Assembly (NCBI GenBank): GCA_938083005.1
Contig: CALKCU010000016.1
Location: forward strand, 4,285-68,284
Reading direction: 5' to 3'
Length of the DNA: 64,000 nt
DNA from: an uncultured Sulfolobales archaeon
GTDB lineage: Archaea > Thermoproteota > Thermoprotei_A > Sulfolobales > NBVN01
The position numbers were made by a program, and so were the translations under genes. Below the pieces are notes generated by a model. That model made no database searches. It was not told the origin of the DNA and worked only from the letters and a program-made list of their open reading frames with translations. Positions 36,995 through 46,688 of this stretch are shown here, in pieces. Within the stretch, counting starts at the first letter, position 1. Each line of letters starts with the position of its first letter.

Positions 36995-39829
36995 ATGCCC
37001 AGCGCGCCGGCTTCCTCTCATACCGCAGACCCCGAGGGGGTGACGCGACCGCGGGATCCGCTAGACATGCTCGACGAGAGGCTGAGAAGAGTGATGCTCG
37101 AAGAGGGTTATACTTCTCTAACCCCGATCCAGGAGATCGCCATACCGAAGGTGCTCTCGGGGAGGCACGTTCTGGTGGTGGCCCCGACGGGCTCGGGAAA
37201 GACCGAGGCGGCCGTCTTCCCGATACTGACGGAGATCCTCAGGAGGAGCTACTTCGAGCGCGTAGCGGTGCTCTACATCACTCCACTCAGGGCCCTCAAC
37301 AGGGATATTATGAGGAGAGTCGTGAGGATATCTCGCAGGCTGGGCATAGAGGTTTCCGTGAGGCACGGCGATACCCCGTCCTCGATGAGGAGGCTCATCG
37401 CTTTGAAGCCTCCGCACGTACTGATAACGACTCCCGAGACGTTCTCCTACATCCTCGTAAACCCGAAGCTGAGGGAGGCCCTGAGGAAAGTCAGGTGGGT
37501 CGTGATAGACGAGCTCCACGAGCTCCTGGAGAGCAAGAGGGGCTCCCAGGTCTCCGCGAACCTAGAGAGGCTGGTGGAGATAGCCGGCAGCTTCCAGAGG
37601 ATAGGGCTCTCCGCTAGCATAGGGGACCTCGAGACCGCCAAGAAGTTCCTGGCCTACGGGCGACCGGTTGAGGAAGCAGTTCTCGATGAAGTTAGGGACG
37701 CCGAGATCCACCTCGTCTCCGGGTACTACTCCGCAGACCCTTCCGGGAAGGTCAATGCCATAGCGGACATAGTCGGGAAGTACGGGACCTCCATAGCATT
37801 CACGAATACGAGAGACGAGGCTGAGTACATAGGCAGGAAGCTGAGCGACCTAGGATTGAGGGTCGGGGTACATCACGGTAGCCTATCTAGGGAGGAGCGC
37901 GAGGAGGTCGAGTCTCTCCTGAAGGAGGGGTCCCTGCCTTGCGTCGTCGCGACGTCGAGCCTCGAGCTAGGAATAGACGTGGGCTCGGTCAACGCTGTCG
38001 TCCAGGTCTCGTCGCCTAGGCAAGTCCTCAAGCTGGTCCAGAGGGTAGGGCGGTCTCGCCACGGACCGGGGATGAAGGCTCTGGGTTACGTGATCTGCGA
38101 TGACTCTCTGGACGATATAATGGAGTCGGCGGTCATAATCAGGAGAGCGCTAGCCGGGGAGCTGGAGAAAGCTAGGCCGTTCGAGAAGCCCTACGACGTC
38201 CTGGTCCACATTCTCGTCGGCATGGGCTTAGAAGGAGGCTACACGGTCGACAAGGCCTATAGGGTCCTCACCAGGTCATACCCCTACTCGGGCCTTGACC
38301 CGGAGGAGCTTAGGAGGGTTGTCGACAAGGCGGTCGAGTTCGGCTACCTCAGGGTCCGGGACGACGGCGCTCTTGAGACGGCGCCCAAGGGCAGAGTGTT
38401 CTACATGACCTCGACGACCATAGTTGACGTGTCTTCTTACGACGCGGTGGACTCTCTGTCCAGGAGGAGGGTCGGAAAGCTCGACGAGGAGTTTGTGGCG
38501 AACCTCGAGGACGGAGCGAGCCTGGTCCTCGGAGGAAGACTGTGGAGAGTGGTCGCCGTAGATCCGGGAGCGCGCAGAGTCTACATCGAGGAGGTGCCGG
38601 AGGGGGAGGCGCTAATCCCGTCCTGGACCGGGGAGACTATCCCCGTGGACTACAGGGTCGCTAGAGAGGTGTGCGGAGCGCTGAGAGCCGCTGTCGCGAC
38701 CGGTCGGCTCGATACGCGGTACTCCTCGTTCATGAGCGGGGAGGCGGTGGACTACGTGAAGAGGGTCCTAGAGGAGTACAAGCGGGGTAGTCACCCGCTG
38801 CCGTCTGACAGGGTCCTAGTCGTGGAGTACCTTGACTCAAACAGGCCCCTGCTTGTAGTGTTGAGCTGCCTCGGCACGAAGGGCAACAGGGGTCTCGCGT
38901 ACCTAGTCCTCCGCGAGCTGGAGCAGGTATGCGGAACGAGCCTGGCTTTCAAGGCGGACCCCTATAGAGTGATCGCCGAGATCCCGTACAGGCTACCCCC
39001 GCATGAGGTCTTCGAAAGCGTCCTGAGAGCCCTGAGTACGGAGAAGCCCTCCGAGGTGCTGGTCGAGGGGATGAAGAGATCGAGACTCTTCGACCTACTC
39101 CTCTTCAACGTTGGGCGCAGGCTCAACCTCATACCCGAAGACGCTGACCCGAAGCTCGTGAGGGCGATTATAGCCGGGCTCCGCGCCGACGGGGTGGTCA
39201 GCACCGAGGCGGTGAGGGAGGGGCTGACGCGGTACGTGGATGCGGGGGTGGTCACGAGGCTTGTTGAGGGCGTTAGGAGCGGTAGGATCCGCGTCGAGTT
39301 GAGGTCGTCGTTTAAGCTCTCGCCCCTAGCCGCCGAGGGACTCAGAGTGGAGAGAGCGTACGACAGAGTAAGGGGAGGCTTCATACCCAGGAAGGTCATT
39401 GCCGAAGTGGTGAGGAGGAGGATACTTGGGAAGGAGGTGCTGCTCGTCTGCCTCAAGTGCGGGCACAGCTGGACCTCTAGAGTGGGGGACCTAAGTGATA
39501 GAGTCAACTGCGGCAGATGCGGTTACGGACTGGTGGGAGTTAGCAAGAGCGTCTCGGAGGAGGTCGTCGCGGTAGCCAGAAAAGCCATCAAACTCCGCAA
39601 CGAGTACAGGTACAGGCTGAGCGAAGAAGAGGTGAGGGTATTCGAGAGGCTCATGGACAGCGCGATGCTGGTCCTAGACTACGGCAGGAGAGCCGTCGAA
39701 GCTCTGGTAGCCCACGGTGTTGGACCGGATACGGCCAAGAAGGCCCTTCAGTACAGCGGCGAGGAGTTCTACGTAAAGCTCTACGAGCTAGAAAAGCTCT
39801 ACATCAAAACGAGGAGATTCTGGGACTGA
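36995..39829 (+). CDS. Lhr-type DEAD/DEAH-box helicase with C-terminal Zn ribbon
   Basis: VVAPTGSGKTEAAVFPIL, VVIDELHEL, SASIG and HHGSLSREERE motifs with a long Lhr-like C-terminal extension ending in CLKCGHSW...CGRCG. An alternative start is the ATG at 37067. Confidence 0.85.
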   Translation: MPSAPASSHTADPEGVTRPRDPLDMLDERLRRVMLEEGYTSLTPIQEIAIPKVLSGRHVLVVAPTGSGKTEAAVFPILTEILRRSYFERVAVLYITPLRALNRDIMRRVVRISRRLGIEVSVRHGDTPSSMRRLIALKPPHVLITTPETFSYILVNPKLREALRKVRWVVIDELHELLESKRGSQVSANLERLVEIAGSFQRIGLSASIGDLETAKKFLAYGRPVEEAVLDEVRDAEIHLVSGYYSADPSGKVNAIADIVGKYGTSIAFTNTRDEAEYIGRKLSDLGLRVGVHHGSLSREEREEVESLLKEGSLPCVVATSSLELGIDVGSVNAVVQVSSPRQVLKLVQRVGRSRHGPGMKALGYVICDDSLDDIMESAVIIRRALAGELEKARPFEKPYDVLVHILVGMGLEGGYTVDKAYRVLTRSYPYSGLDPEELRRVVDKAVEFGYLRVRDDGALETAPKGRVFYMTSTTIVDVSSYDAVDSLSRRRVGKLDEEFVANLEDGASLVLGGRLWRVVAVDPGARRVYIEEVPEGEALIPSWTGETIPVDYRVAREVCGALRAAVATGRLDTRYSSFMSGEAVDYVKRVLEEYKRGSHPLPSDRVLVVEYLDSNRPLLVVLSCLGTKGNRGLAYLVLRELEQVCGTSLAFKADPYRVIAEIPYRLPPHEVFESVLRALSTEKPSEVLVEGMKRSRLFDLLLFNVGRRLNLIPEDADPKLVRAIIAGLRADGVVSTEAVREGLTRYVDAGVVTRLVEGVRSGRIRVELRSSFKLSPLAAEGLRVERAYDRVRGGFIPRKVIAEVVRRRILGKEVLLVCLKCGHSWTSRVGDLSDRVNCGRCGYGLVGVSKSVSEEVVAVARKAIKLRNEYRYRLSEEEVRVFERLMDSAMLVLDYGRRAVEALVAHGVGPDTAKKALQYSGEEFYVKLYELEKLYIKTRRFWD

Positions 39830-40532
39830 GCCCCAGCTCGACGCAGTATACCCCCCTGAGCCCGGGGACGTAGGTAGAGGGGGGCTCTCCGCAGGGGACT
39901 CTAAGACCGTACACCGAGTACCACAAGCCGTTGACGAACTCTATGATCTTCTCAGCCTTCTCGGCGTCTCCCTCCATGAACACTCTAGCGAGCGCTATCA
40001 CGGACTTGCCAGCCACGTGTACAAGGGCCTCTCTGCTCACGTCTAGGAACGGCTGGGGGAGATCTCCCAGTGTTGCGATCCTCCTGACCCTGAGGACTAT
40101 ACTCTCCCCCAGCTCCACCGGGGGCTCTCCGTACCTCCAGGCATAGTGCGAGGCGATCAGATCGGTCAGCCTCAGCGCGGGCACGTGGTCTGGGAGGCCC
40201 AGTCTGTAGTCTATCGAGTAGGCCAGGTCGAGGGAATCTCTATCTAGGCGGAGGAGCGAGCGAAGGATCTCGTTGGTCGCGCCGACGTAAGCGAGAGCGT
40301 CGTAATCCGCTCGCCCCCTGCAGACGAGCCTGAACCTCATCGAGACGGTTCTCTCCAGTTCCTCCTTGAAGCTCGCGACGTACTCCGCCGCGGGCTCGGG
40401 GAGCTCTATCCTATCAGCACCTCCCGAGGGGACTGCCTCCACGTCCAGGTCCAAGCTCAGTCCACCGACTCTAGCCACCAAGACGGGGTTGCTCGCGCCG
40501 GCTATCGGCACGTACGCTAGTGGGAGGGCCAC
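39804..40532 (-). CDS. hypothetical protein (242 aa)
   Basis: ORF only. Convergent with the helicase gene, overlapping it by 26 nt. No motif recognised. Confidence 0.5.
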   Translation of the reverse strand: MALPLAYVPIAGASNPVLVARVGGLSLDLDVEAVPSGGADRIELPEPAAEYVASFKEELERTVSMRFRLVCRGRADYDALAYVGATNEILRSLLRLDRDSLDLAYSIDYRLGLPDHVPALRLTDLIASHYAWRYGEPPVELGESIVLRVRRIATLGDLPQPFLDVSREALVHVAGKSVIALARVFMEGDAEKAEKIIEFVNGLWYSVYGLRVPCGEPPSTYVPGLRGVYCVELGLSPRISSF

Positions 40533-40637
40533 GGTCGTCGCCTGGGAAGCGTTCCCGCTGGACTTAAAGCTCTTCTCGAGAGCTCCGGGGCAGGCTCGGA
40601 CTTAGCTCGCTCACGCTATTTAGGCTCTGTAACCCCA

Positions 40638-40994
40638 GAAGAGGGCGGTGGCCGGAGCCGGCTGGTAGCTACGGGGAACTGGGGAAACACCGCCCTCCAC
40701 ACGGCACGGAGGCTCCGCAAGGAGCGCGGGGAGACCCGCGGCGACGGCACAGAAACGGCACGGCCACTCCCGGGTGTCCGTGAGGCGGCGAGGGCGCTCC
40801 GGCGACGGAGCGTCAGCAACCCGCTGAGTATGGGAGTGGATGCGCTGAAACGGCCGCCCCTCCGGGAGCAAGGCCGAGCAGCACCGATGAGTCGCCGTGT
40901 GAGGTGCGGGTAGGCCGCATAGTCCAATGCTACCGCAGTACAGAAGGCGGGTTATAGCCGGCACCGGCCACCGAGTCCGCGCTCCGCCTCTTCC
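40638..40994 (+). ncRNA. rnpB: RNase P RNA (archaeal type), approximate ends
   Basis: CR-I-like GGGGAAACACCGCCC (40681-40695) and CR-V-like ACAGAAGGCGGGTTAT (40940-40955). 10-bp terminal helix 40646-40655/40964-40973 plus outer 7-bp 40638-40644/40987-40993. TATA box ctatttagg at 40616-40624. The track ORFs here are Arg/Pro-rich junk. Confidence 0.6.
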
Positions 40995-41048
40995 CTATCA
41001 AGAGAAATCCCGGATACAGCTTTAAAGCAGTCAACCCTAGGGAAACTG

Positions 41049-41122
41049 GGGGCCGTAGTTTAGCTTGGTAGAATGCGGGGCTTGGGCCCCCGTGGTCCGG
41101 GGTTCAAATCCCCGCGGCCCCA
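41049..41122 (+). tRNA. tRNA-Pro (anticodon TGG)
   Basis: Acceptor GGGGCCG/CGGCCCC, anticodon arm CGGGG-CTTGGGC-CCCCG, T arm CGGGG-TTCAAAT-CCCCG. CCA encoded at 41123-41125. Confidence 0.9.
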
Positions 41123-41282
41123 CCAGAGGGCGATGCGACGGTCCTCGACGCTGGAACACTTACGCTCGACGGAAAGGCGCGGCACGCGCATGCGGCAAGT
41201 CCGGGGTCGTGGGGAAAGCCCGCGGCCTTTCGCGGTGCGCAGGGATTTCTAGCCCAGCGCGAGACCCCCCGTGGTAGCGTAG

Positions 41283-41831
41283 GTGGCGGTCGCTAGAGTA
41301 GCTGTAGTGTACTACTCGAGGACCGGCGTTACGAAGACCGTCGCTGAGAGCCTAGCGGAGCCCCTGAGGAGCGCTGGCGCCCCCGTAGACGTGTACGGGG
41401 TTCTGCCCGCGGAGGAATACTCCAGACCTCTCCACTTCAATCCCAGGCTAGCATACGAGACTCTCGTGAGGAGGGGCACCGACGTGAAGTTCGAGCCGGA
41501 GGAGCCTAGGCTGGAGGAGTACGATGTCGTAGTCGTAGCTTCGCCCGTATGGTTTAACACTCTGGCGCCACCCGTTCAAGAGTTTCTGAGGAGGCACCGT
41601 CGCGGAGCGAGGTCCCTAGTCGTCATCACGACGAGCACTCTAGATGTGGACTGTTCGAGAGTCAGTAGGGTTGTCGAGGAGCTCTACGGGAGCGAGCCGG
41701 CTCTGTGCGTAAACGTTAGGAGCGCTCAGGTCGGGGACCCAGCTGAGCTCCGGAGGATCTCTTGTGATATCTCTAGGAAGATAGTAAATCTAGCCGGAGG
41801 GGGCCGGATCCCAGAGGCCGAGAGCTCCTAG
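41283..41831 (+). CDS. flavodoxin-fold protein
   Basis: VAVVYYSRTGVTKTVAESLA N-terminal flavodoxin-like motif and VVVASPVWF. 182 aa. Confidence 0.7.
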   Translation: MAVARVAVVYYSRTGVTKTVAESLAEPLRSAGAPVDVYGVLPAEEYSRPLHFNPRLAYETLVRRGTDVKFEPEEPRLEEYDVVVVASPVWFNTLAPPVQEFLRRHRRGARSLVVITTSTLDVDCSRVSRVVEELYGSEPALCVNVRSAQVGDPAELRRISCDISRKIVNLAGGGRIPEAESS

Positions 41832-41976
41832 ACTACCGCGTCGGACCAGCGGCATTTAAGCCTCGCTCCGTACCCCACTACCGGCTCGCGGTGCGGTTGG
41901 CTTGGACGAGCGCCGCGACGGTAAGGTCCGTGGGAGTCGCGCCGGATCGCGTAGAGTATTCCTGAGGAGACACCTG

Positions 41977-42552
41977 ATGCTGAGCAGGGAGTTCGCGGAC
42001 ATGCTGCTGAGGGGCGTTAAGAGATCTACCATACGACTAGGGATCGTGATACCGAAGTACGACGAGGTTATAGTCCACAGCGGTGGGAGACCCATAGCAA
42101 AGGCCAGGATAGCCGGCGTCAGGTACAAAAAGGTCCACGAGCTCGCGGACGAGGACGCGAAGCTCGACGGGTTCGGTGGCCTCGGTGAGCTCCTCGACGC
42201 TCTCGAGAGGACCTACAAGGGCATCAGCATGGACGACGACGTGACGGTAATCGAGCTAGAAGTGGTGCGGAAGTTCGACGAGCTGAGAGGCGATGAAGTG
42301 TACCACGGCCTCAGCCCGTCGGACATAGCCAGGCTCGGACTGAGATACCTGAGGAGGGAGCTCAGTGATGGAGAGGTAGAGATACTGGAGCTGCTGAGCA
42401 GAGGTCTCTCGATCAGGGGTGCCGCGAGCAAGCTCTACGGGTCTCCGCACAGAAGGTTTAGAGTGAGGAGAGTCGTGAGGAGGGTTCTCGGGGAGTTAAA
42501 GTCCAGGGGCATAATCAGAGTCCGAGAGGAACCCGCCGACCAGATCGCGTAG
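41977..42552 (+). CDS. ASCH (PUA-like) domain protein fused to a C-terminal LuxR-type HTH
   Basis: MLSREFADMLLRGVKRSTIRLG is a typical ASCH start, and the C-terminus has ILELLSRGLSIRGAASKLYGS. ATG at 41977 is preceded by gaggag. The track ORF begins at 41902. Confidence 0.65.
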   Translation: MLSREFADMLLRGVKRSTIRLGIVIPKYDEVIVHSGGRPIAKARIAGVRYKKVHELADEDAKLDGFGGLGELLDALERTYKGISMDDDVTVIELEVVRKFDELRGDEVYHGLSPSDIARLGLRYLRRELSDGEVEILELLSRGLSIRGAASKLYGSPHRRFRVRRVVRRVLGELKSRGIIRVREEPADQIA

Positions 42553-42705
42553 GGCTCTCCGTAGAGCTCGAACTGCCCGGGAGCTAGACTCCCCCAACTC
42601 CGCTTACGCGTAACAGCCCGTCTCTCGCAAGGGGACGCCGCGAGGCGTCCCCCGGTTGTCGCTCGAGTTTATTTTCTTCGCTTCCAGTTCTTCACGTGAG
42701 CGACT

Positions 42706-43080
42706 GTGCAGAGGCTACCGCCTGAAGTAGAGAAGACTTTGGCCAAGTACCAGGAAGTTGAGGCTCAACTGGCCTCGGTTATGACCCAAAAGGGAACAGT
42801 GATATCTTACATAAGGGAGATAGAGAGGACCCTAGCGCTGCTCAGAGAGCTTCCGGACGACGCTGTCGTCTACAGAAGCACGGGCCACGTGTTCGTGAAG
42901 GTGAGCCGGGAGGATGCCATAAAGGATCTAGAGGGGAAGAAGGAGGAGCTCGAGATAAGGCTGACAAGCCTTGAGAAGATGGAGGGGATACTGAAGAAGC
43001 AGCTCGAGGAGCTGAGGAGTGTTCTCGCTAAGTACGCGAAGGCCACGGCTGCCGAGTCTCGCAAGGAGGAGGAAGAGTGA
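42706..43080 (+). CDS. pfdB: prefoldin beta subunit
   Basis: 124 aa coiled-coil/beta-hairpin/coiled-coil layout with VYRSTGHVFVKVSREDAIKDLEGKKEELE. Confidence 0.85.
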   Translation: MQRLPPEVEKTLAKYQEVEAQLASVMTQKGTVISYIREIERTLALLRELPDDAVVYRSTGHVFVKVSREDAIKDLEGKKEELEIRLTSLEKMEGILKKQLEELRSVLAKYAKATAAESRKEEEE

Positions 43081-43182
43081 CTCCCAGCGTAAACCGAGGA
43101 GGGGGCGTGAGGCCCGCTTACCTCAGTTCTCCGCCTGCGGAGACGGGTAGAGCGCTCTAGCTAGGCGCTGTGGTGAAGGGGG

Positions 43183-44046
43183 ATGCCGGAGACCTCGAGA
43201 GCGGGCGAGAGCATTCGCACTGGAGGGCCCGGCATCGCGAGGCTGTTCCCCATAGTCGCATTCCTGAGCGTTCTCGGGGGCTCCTTCAAGGTAGTCAGCG
43301 GACTGGTCTTCGGATCGAAGGCTGCTTTGGTGGACGCCTTAACTAGCATAGCCAACGTCTTAGCAGTGCTCGCGGTGACCAAGTACGAGAGGCTGAGCCT
43401 TAGACCTCCTGACGAGGACCACCACTACGGGCACGGGAGGATGTCGGTCGGCGGGAGCATGTTCGCGGTGGCCCTCTACTCGATGGTCGGGGGAGCCATG
43501 CTCGTCGACCTCGTTTACAGCAGCATAGCCAGCTACGAGGTCCACATACTGGCGACGGTCTTCGCGGCGCTCGGGGCGATCCCCTACGCAGCTGCCATAG
43601 CCCTCTCTAGGAGGATGGGGGGATCGTACGGGACGTACGCCAAGTTCACCGCGGTGGAGCTTATGGAGAGCGCGGTAGTCGTGCTATCGTCGCTCGGGGG
43701 CGCGGTAGTCAACTACCTGGTTGACTCCGCCGGAGCCGCTGCGCTGCTCACCTACCTGTACGTCGGGATAGTGAGAGAGGTGCGGAGCTTGCTACACGTA
43801 GTGAGCGACAAAGCGCCCGGGTTCCTCGCGGAGAGCATCAGGAGAGCGGCGAGGGAGCTCAACGTAGAGATCAGGAGCATCAGGATAAGAGAGGTGGCTA
43901 CCGGGAAGTACTACGGTGACCTAACCATAGCCCTACCAGCGGAGATCCCCCTGGGGAGGGCTCACGAGATAGCCCACGCCGTAGAGCGCTCCCTCAAGAG
44001 CATGGGCGTCGACATAGACCTGACAGTCCACGTAGAGCCCGCGTAG
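43183..44046 (+). CDS. cation diffusion facilitator family transporter
   Basis: ALVDALTSIANVLAV...PPDEDHHYGHGR plus a C-terminal cytoplasmic domain. 287 aa. Confidence 0.85.
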   Translation: MPETSRAGESIRTGGPGIARLFPIVAFLSVLGGSFKVVSGLVFGSKAALVDALTSIANVLAVLAVTKYERLSLRPPDEDHHYGHGRMSVGGSMFAVALYSMVGGAMLVDLVYSSIASYEVHILATVFAALGAIPYAAAIALSRRMGGSYGTYAKFTAVELMESAVVVLSSLGGAVVNYLVDSAGAAALLTYLYVGIVREVRSLLHVVSDKAPGFLAESIRRAARELNVEIRSIRIREVATGKYYGDLTIALPAEIPLGRAHEIAHAVERSLKSMGVDIDLTVHVEPA

Positions 44047-44137
44047 CCCGCCAGAGGCCTCACGCGGTTGCTCGCGGCGCCGGGCTCGTGAAGCTTCGCT
44101 ACGCTTAAAACCTGGTACAGCGCAGTAACAATGGCGT

Positions 44138-44260
44138 GGGCCCGTAGCTCAGCCAGGCAGAGCGGCGGACTCGAGGCCGAGGCTCCAGTCCGGGTCTTAG
44201 GACCTCGCGGGATGACTTGAAGAGACCCGTAGGTCGGGGGTTCAAGTCCCCCCGGGCCCA
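44138..44260 (+). tRNA. intron-containing tRNA, isotype unresolved (49 nt of intervening sequence)
   Basis: 5' 27 nt (acceptor plus D arm) are identical to the tRNA at 47913-48002. The 3' 30 nt form a canonical AGGTC variable loop, a GGGGG-TTCAAGT-CCCCC T arm and acceptor CGGGCCC, with encoded CCA. The anticodon arm must be assembled from 44165-44230. Confidence 0.7.
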
Positions 44261-44405
44261 CCACACGCGGAGGGCAACGGGCTCCTAACCCAGAGCTCTT
44301 CTCGCGCGCTCAACCGCGTCGGAGGCTACTGATCGCACGACCTACGGTCAGCCGAAATCCCCGCACCGCTAGCCGGGTAGAGCCCTGCGCTCTCTCGGCA
44401 CCGAG

Positions 44406-45083
44406 CTAGCTTATCGGAGGCACTCTCTCTAGCTTGTACCAGGTGATCTCGTCCCGCTTCAAGAGCTTGTCTAGGTAGTCCGTGTCGACCTCTCCCTCGA
44501 TGAGCAGGTAGTAGAAGCCCTCGACCACGGAGCTCTCGGAGACCTTGATCACGTCGTATCTCTCCGATATGGACCTGATAACCTCCGACGCTAGCTCCTT
44601 GAAGTACGTGGTGAAGTAGACAGCCAGCTTGGGAGCGCTCTTCGACACGAGGTACACCCGCACCACTTCCCTCAGGGCCTTAAATTCTTCGGGAAACGCT
44701 TGCTCCAGGCTCTCTCCACCTAGCTCTCCGAGGACCCCCTTATTCGCGTAAACCCACGGACACATTAGCGAAGACGCGACTTCGAGCGACGATAAGTTCA
44801 CGATTAGGGGGAACATCCTGCAGGATAGAGGCTTCTCCTCGTGTATCCGACACGCTCTGCTAGCGACGTCGTAGAAGGGGCAGAACCCGCTCACGATCAC
44901 CCGGTAGAAGCCCTGTCCCACCTCCTTGAGGCGGAGCTCGACTCCCACGAACTCTCCGAGCTTTCTAAAGTACGGCACCTCGTACCACAGGAGAACGGGG
45001 CACTCCCTCTCCTCGGTAAAGAAGCAGCAGTGAACGCACCTGTAGCAGGTGAACCTGACTACTGACACCTCAGGTCCACGCAC
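44406..45083 (-). CDS. YkgJ-family (CxxCxxCC) cysteine-cluster protein
   Basis: FTCYRCVHCCF motif plus downstream Cys residues (CPFYD..RACRIHEEKPLSCRMFP). Confidence 0.6.
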   Translation of the reverse strand: MRGPEVSVVRFTCYRCVHCCFFTEERECPVLLWYEVPYFRKLGEFVGVELRLKEVGQGFYRVIVSGFCPFYDVASRACRIHEEKPLSCRMFPLIVNLSSLEVASSLMCPWVYANKGVLGELGGESLEQAFPEEFKALREVVRVYLVSKSAPKLAVYFTTYFKELASEVIRSISERYDVIKVSESSVVEGFYYLLIEGEVDTDYLDKLLKRDEITWYKLERVPPIS

Positions 45084-45439
45084 ACGTAGTCCCCGTCTTT
45101 AAGCCCCAGGGCCCCCCTGAGGTACTTCGAGGAAACCAGCTCGAGCACTCTAGGACCGTGCCTCGAGAGGTCCGGCCTCAGCACGAGCACGTCGACGGGA
45201 GAACCCGAGTCGGCTCCCACCGTGCCCAGCCAGTACTTGAAGCCTCCGAGTACACTGCCGCTGTGGATGATGCTCTTCACGTGGTGCGGCTCGCAGAGCA
45301 GCTCGACGTCCCGCGTCGACATCCCCACGTCGATGTTGAGCGTACCCGGGTACGGCTCCTCGCCCAGGATCTCCGTCAGGATCACGAAGTAGACGTGTCT
45401 GCTGACGAAAACCCTCCCGAGGCCTACACCGCTCACCAC
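45059..45439 (-). CDS. ribK: CTP-dependent riboflavin kinase (archaeal RibK)
   Basis: 126 aa. PYPGTLNIDV is the signature of the archaeal riboflavin kinase family. Confidence 0.7.
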   Translation of the reverse strand: MVSGVGLGRVFVSRHVYFVILTEILGEEPYPGTLNIDVGMSTRDVELLCEPHHVKSIIHSGSVLGGFKYWLGTVGADSGSPVDVLVLRPDLSRHGPRVLELVSSKYLRGALGLKDGDYVCVDLRCQ

Positions 45440-45440
45440 T

Positions 45441-46079
45441 CTACCTCTCAGGCGCAGAGCGCCTCACCTCCTTGGATATCCTGTCCGCCTGGTATACGGG
45501 CTCCGGGAGGTCGTGCTGCTTAAACAGAGCCTTGGAGAGGACGCGGAGCTCGTCGAGGCTCACCCTGTGACCTATGCTGAGGTAGATCTCCCTCCTACCG
45601 CGGCTCACGACCACGCCGCCGACCGTTCTACCGACGAGCACGACCCTCTCCCCCTCTAGGACCTCCACCCTGCCGTAGAGCAGGCTCTTCGCCGCTCCGA
45701 CAGAGGGCTTGTCGAGGACGACGCCTATGTGCGAGGCTATGCCGAAGCCCCTCGGGTGGGTAACGCCGTGACCGTCGACCACGATGAGGTCCGGCTCGCG
45801 GCTTAGCATCTCGCAGGCCTTGATCATCAGGGGCGCCTCCCGGAACGCCAGCAGACCCGGGATGTAGGGTACCCCGACCTCCCCCTCGACTGCTACGTAC
45901 TCAACGAGGTCGAGATCCGGGTAGTTCAGCAGAGCAGCTACGGCCACTCCCCTCTCCCCGCGGTAGCCCGCGTCGAGGCCGGCCACGTACCTAACCTTGG
46001 AGAGGTCCAGCTTCGAGACTACGACACGCGAGGAGAGCCTCTCCTGAAGCCTCTTCGCTCTCTCGGGGTCGAACACCAT
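45441..46079 (-). CDS. nfi: endonuclease V
   Basis: VAGLDAGY, YIPGLLAFREAP and VDGHGVTHPRGFGIASHIGV motifs. Confidence 0.9.
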   Translation of the reverse strand: MVFDPERAKRLQERLSSRVVVSKLDLSKVRYVAGLDAGYRGERGVAVAALLNYPDLDLVEYVAVEGEVGVPYIPGLLAFREAPLMIKACEMLSREPDLIVVDGHGVTHPRGFGIASHIGVVLDKPSVGAAKSLLYGRVEVLEGERVVLVGRTVGGVVVSRGRREIYLSIGHRVSLDELRVLSKALFKQHDLPEPVYQADRISKEVRRSAPER

Positions 46080-46082
46080 CGA

Positions 46083-46688
46083 TTAAGCTACCGGGTAGAA
46101 CTTCTCGTAGGACCTCCCGGGGGTCACGACGACGACGTCGACTCCGTCCCCCGAGACCGCGTCTCTGCTGATAGCAGCCTTGACGGCGTTGAAAGCCAGC
46201 CTCTCCGCATCGGAGACTTCCATGTCCTCCCTGTAGCTGCTCTCGATAACGCCTATGGCTATGGGGGCCCCGGTCCCGATAGCAGCGTAGTTGTCCTCTA
46301 TCAGGGACCCCAGGGGGTCCATGACGAAGAGGTGCGGCCCCGTCTCGTCTATGCCGCCGAATATCACCTCCGAGAGGAACGGGTAGTACTTGTACTGGTA
46401 GAGGAGGGTCGAGAGGAGCTTCGCCGCTCCCCTGACGCTGATCGGGTACCCGAGCTGGATCTCGTACGACCTTATCTCGACCGCCAGCCACCTGGTGATC
46501 GTCAGTATGTCAGCGAAGAGCCCGGCCATGGCTACCCCGAACCTGTCCGCGAGAAGGTACGTCTTCTTACCGACCTTGCTAACTACGTAGCCCCCGTATG
46601 AGACCCTCTTCTCCGCGGCTAGAACTACCCCACTCCTCAGCTTCAGCCCCACCGCTGTAGCCCCGGTGACCAGCCTCTCGTAGCCCAC
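46083..46688 (-). CDS. psmB: proteasome beta subunit
   Basis: Propeptide followed by TGATAVGLKLRSGVVLAAEKR. 201 aa. Confidence 0.9.
   Translation of the reverse strand: MGYERLVTGATAVGLKLRSGVVLAAEKRVSYGGYVVSKVGKKTYLLADRFGVAMAGLFADILTITRWLAVEIRSYEIQLGYPISVRGAAKLLSTLLYQYKYYPFLSEVIFGGIDETGPHLFVMDPLGSLIEDNYAAIGTGAPIAIGVIESSYREDMEVSDAERLAFNAVKAAISRDAVSGDGVDVVVVTPGRSYEKFYPVA

Noticed and set aside
40616-40964. Two overlapping minus-strand ORFs (103 and 114 aa).
   Set aside because: Arg/Pro/Ala-rich junk overlapping a region with RNase P RNA conserved motifs and terminal helix on the plus strand.
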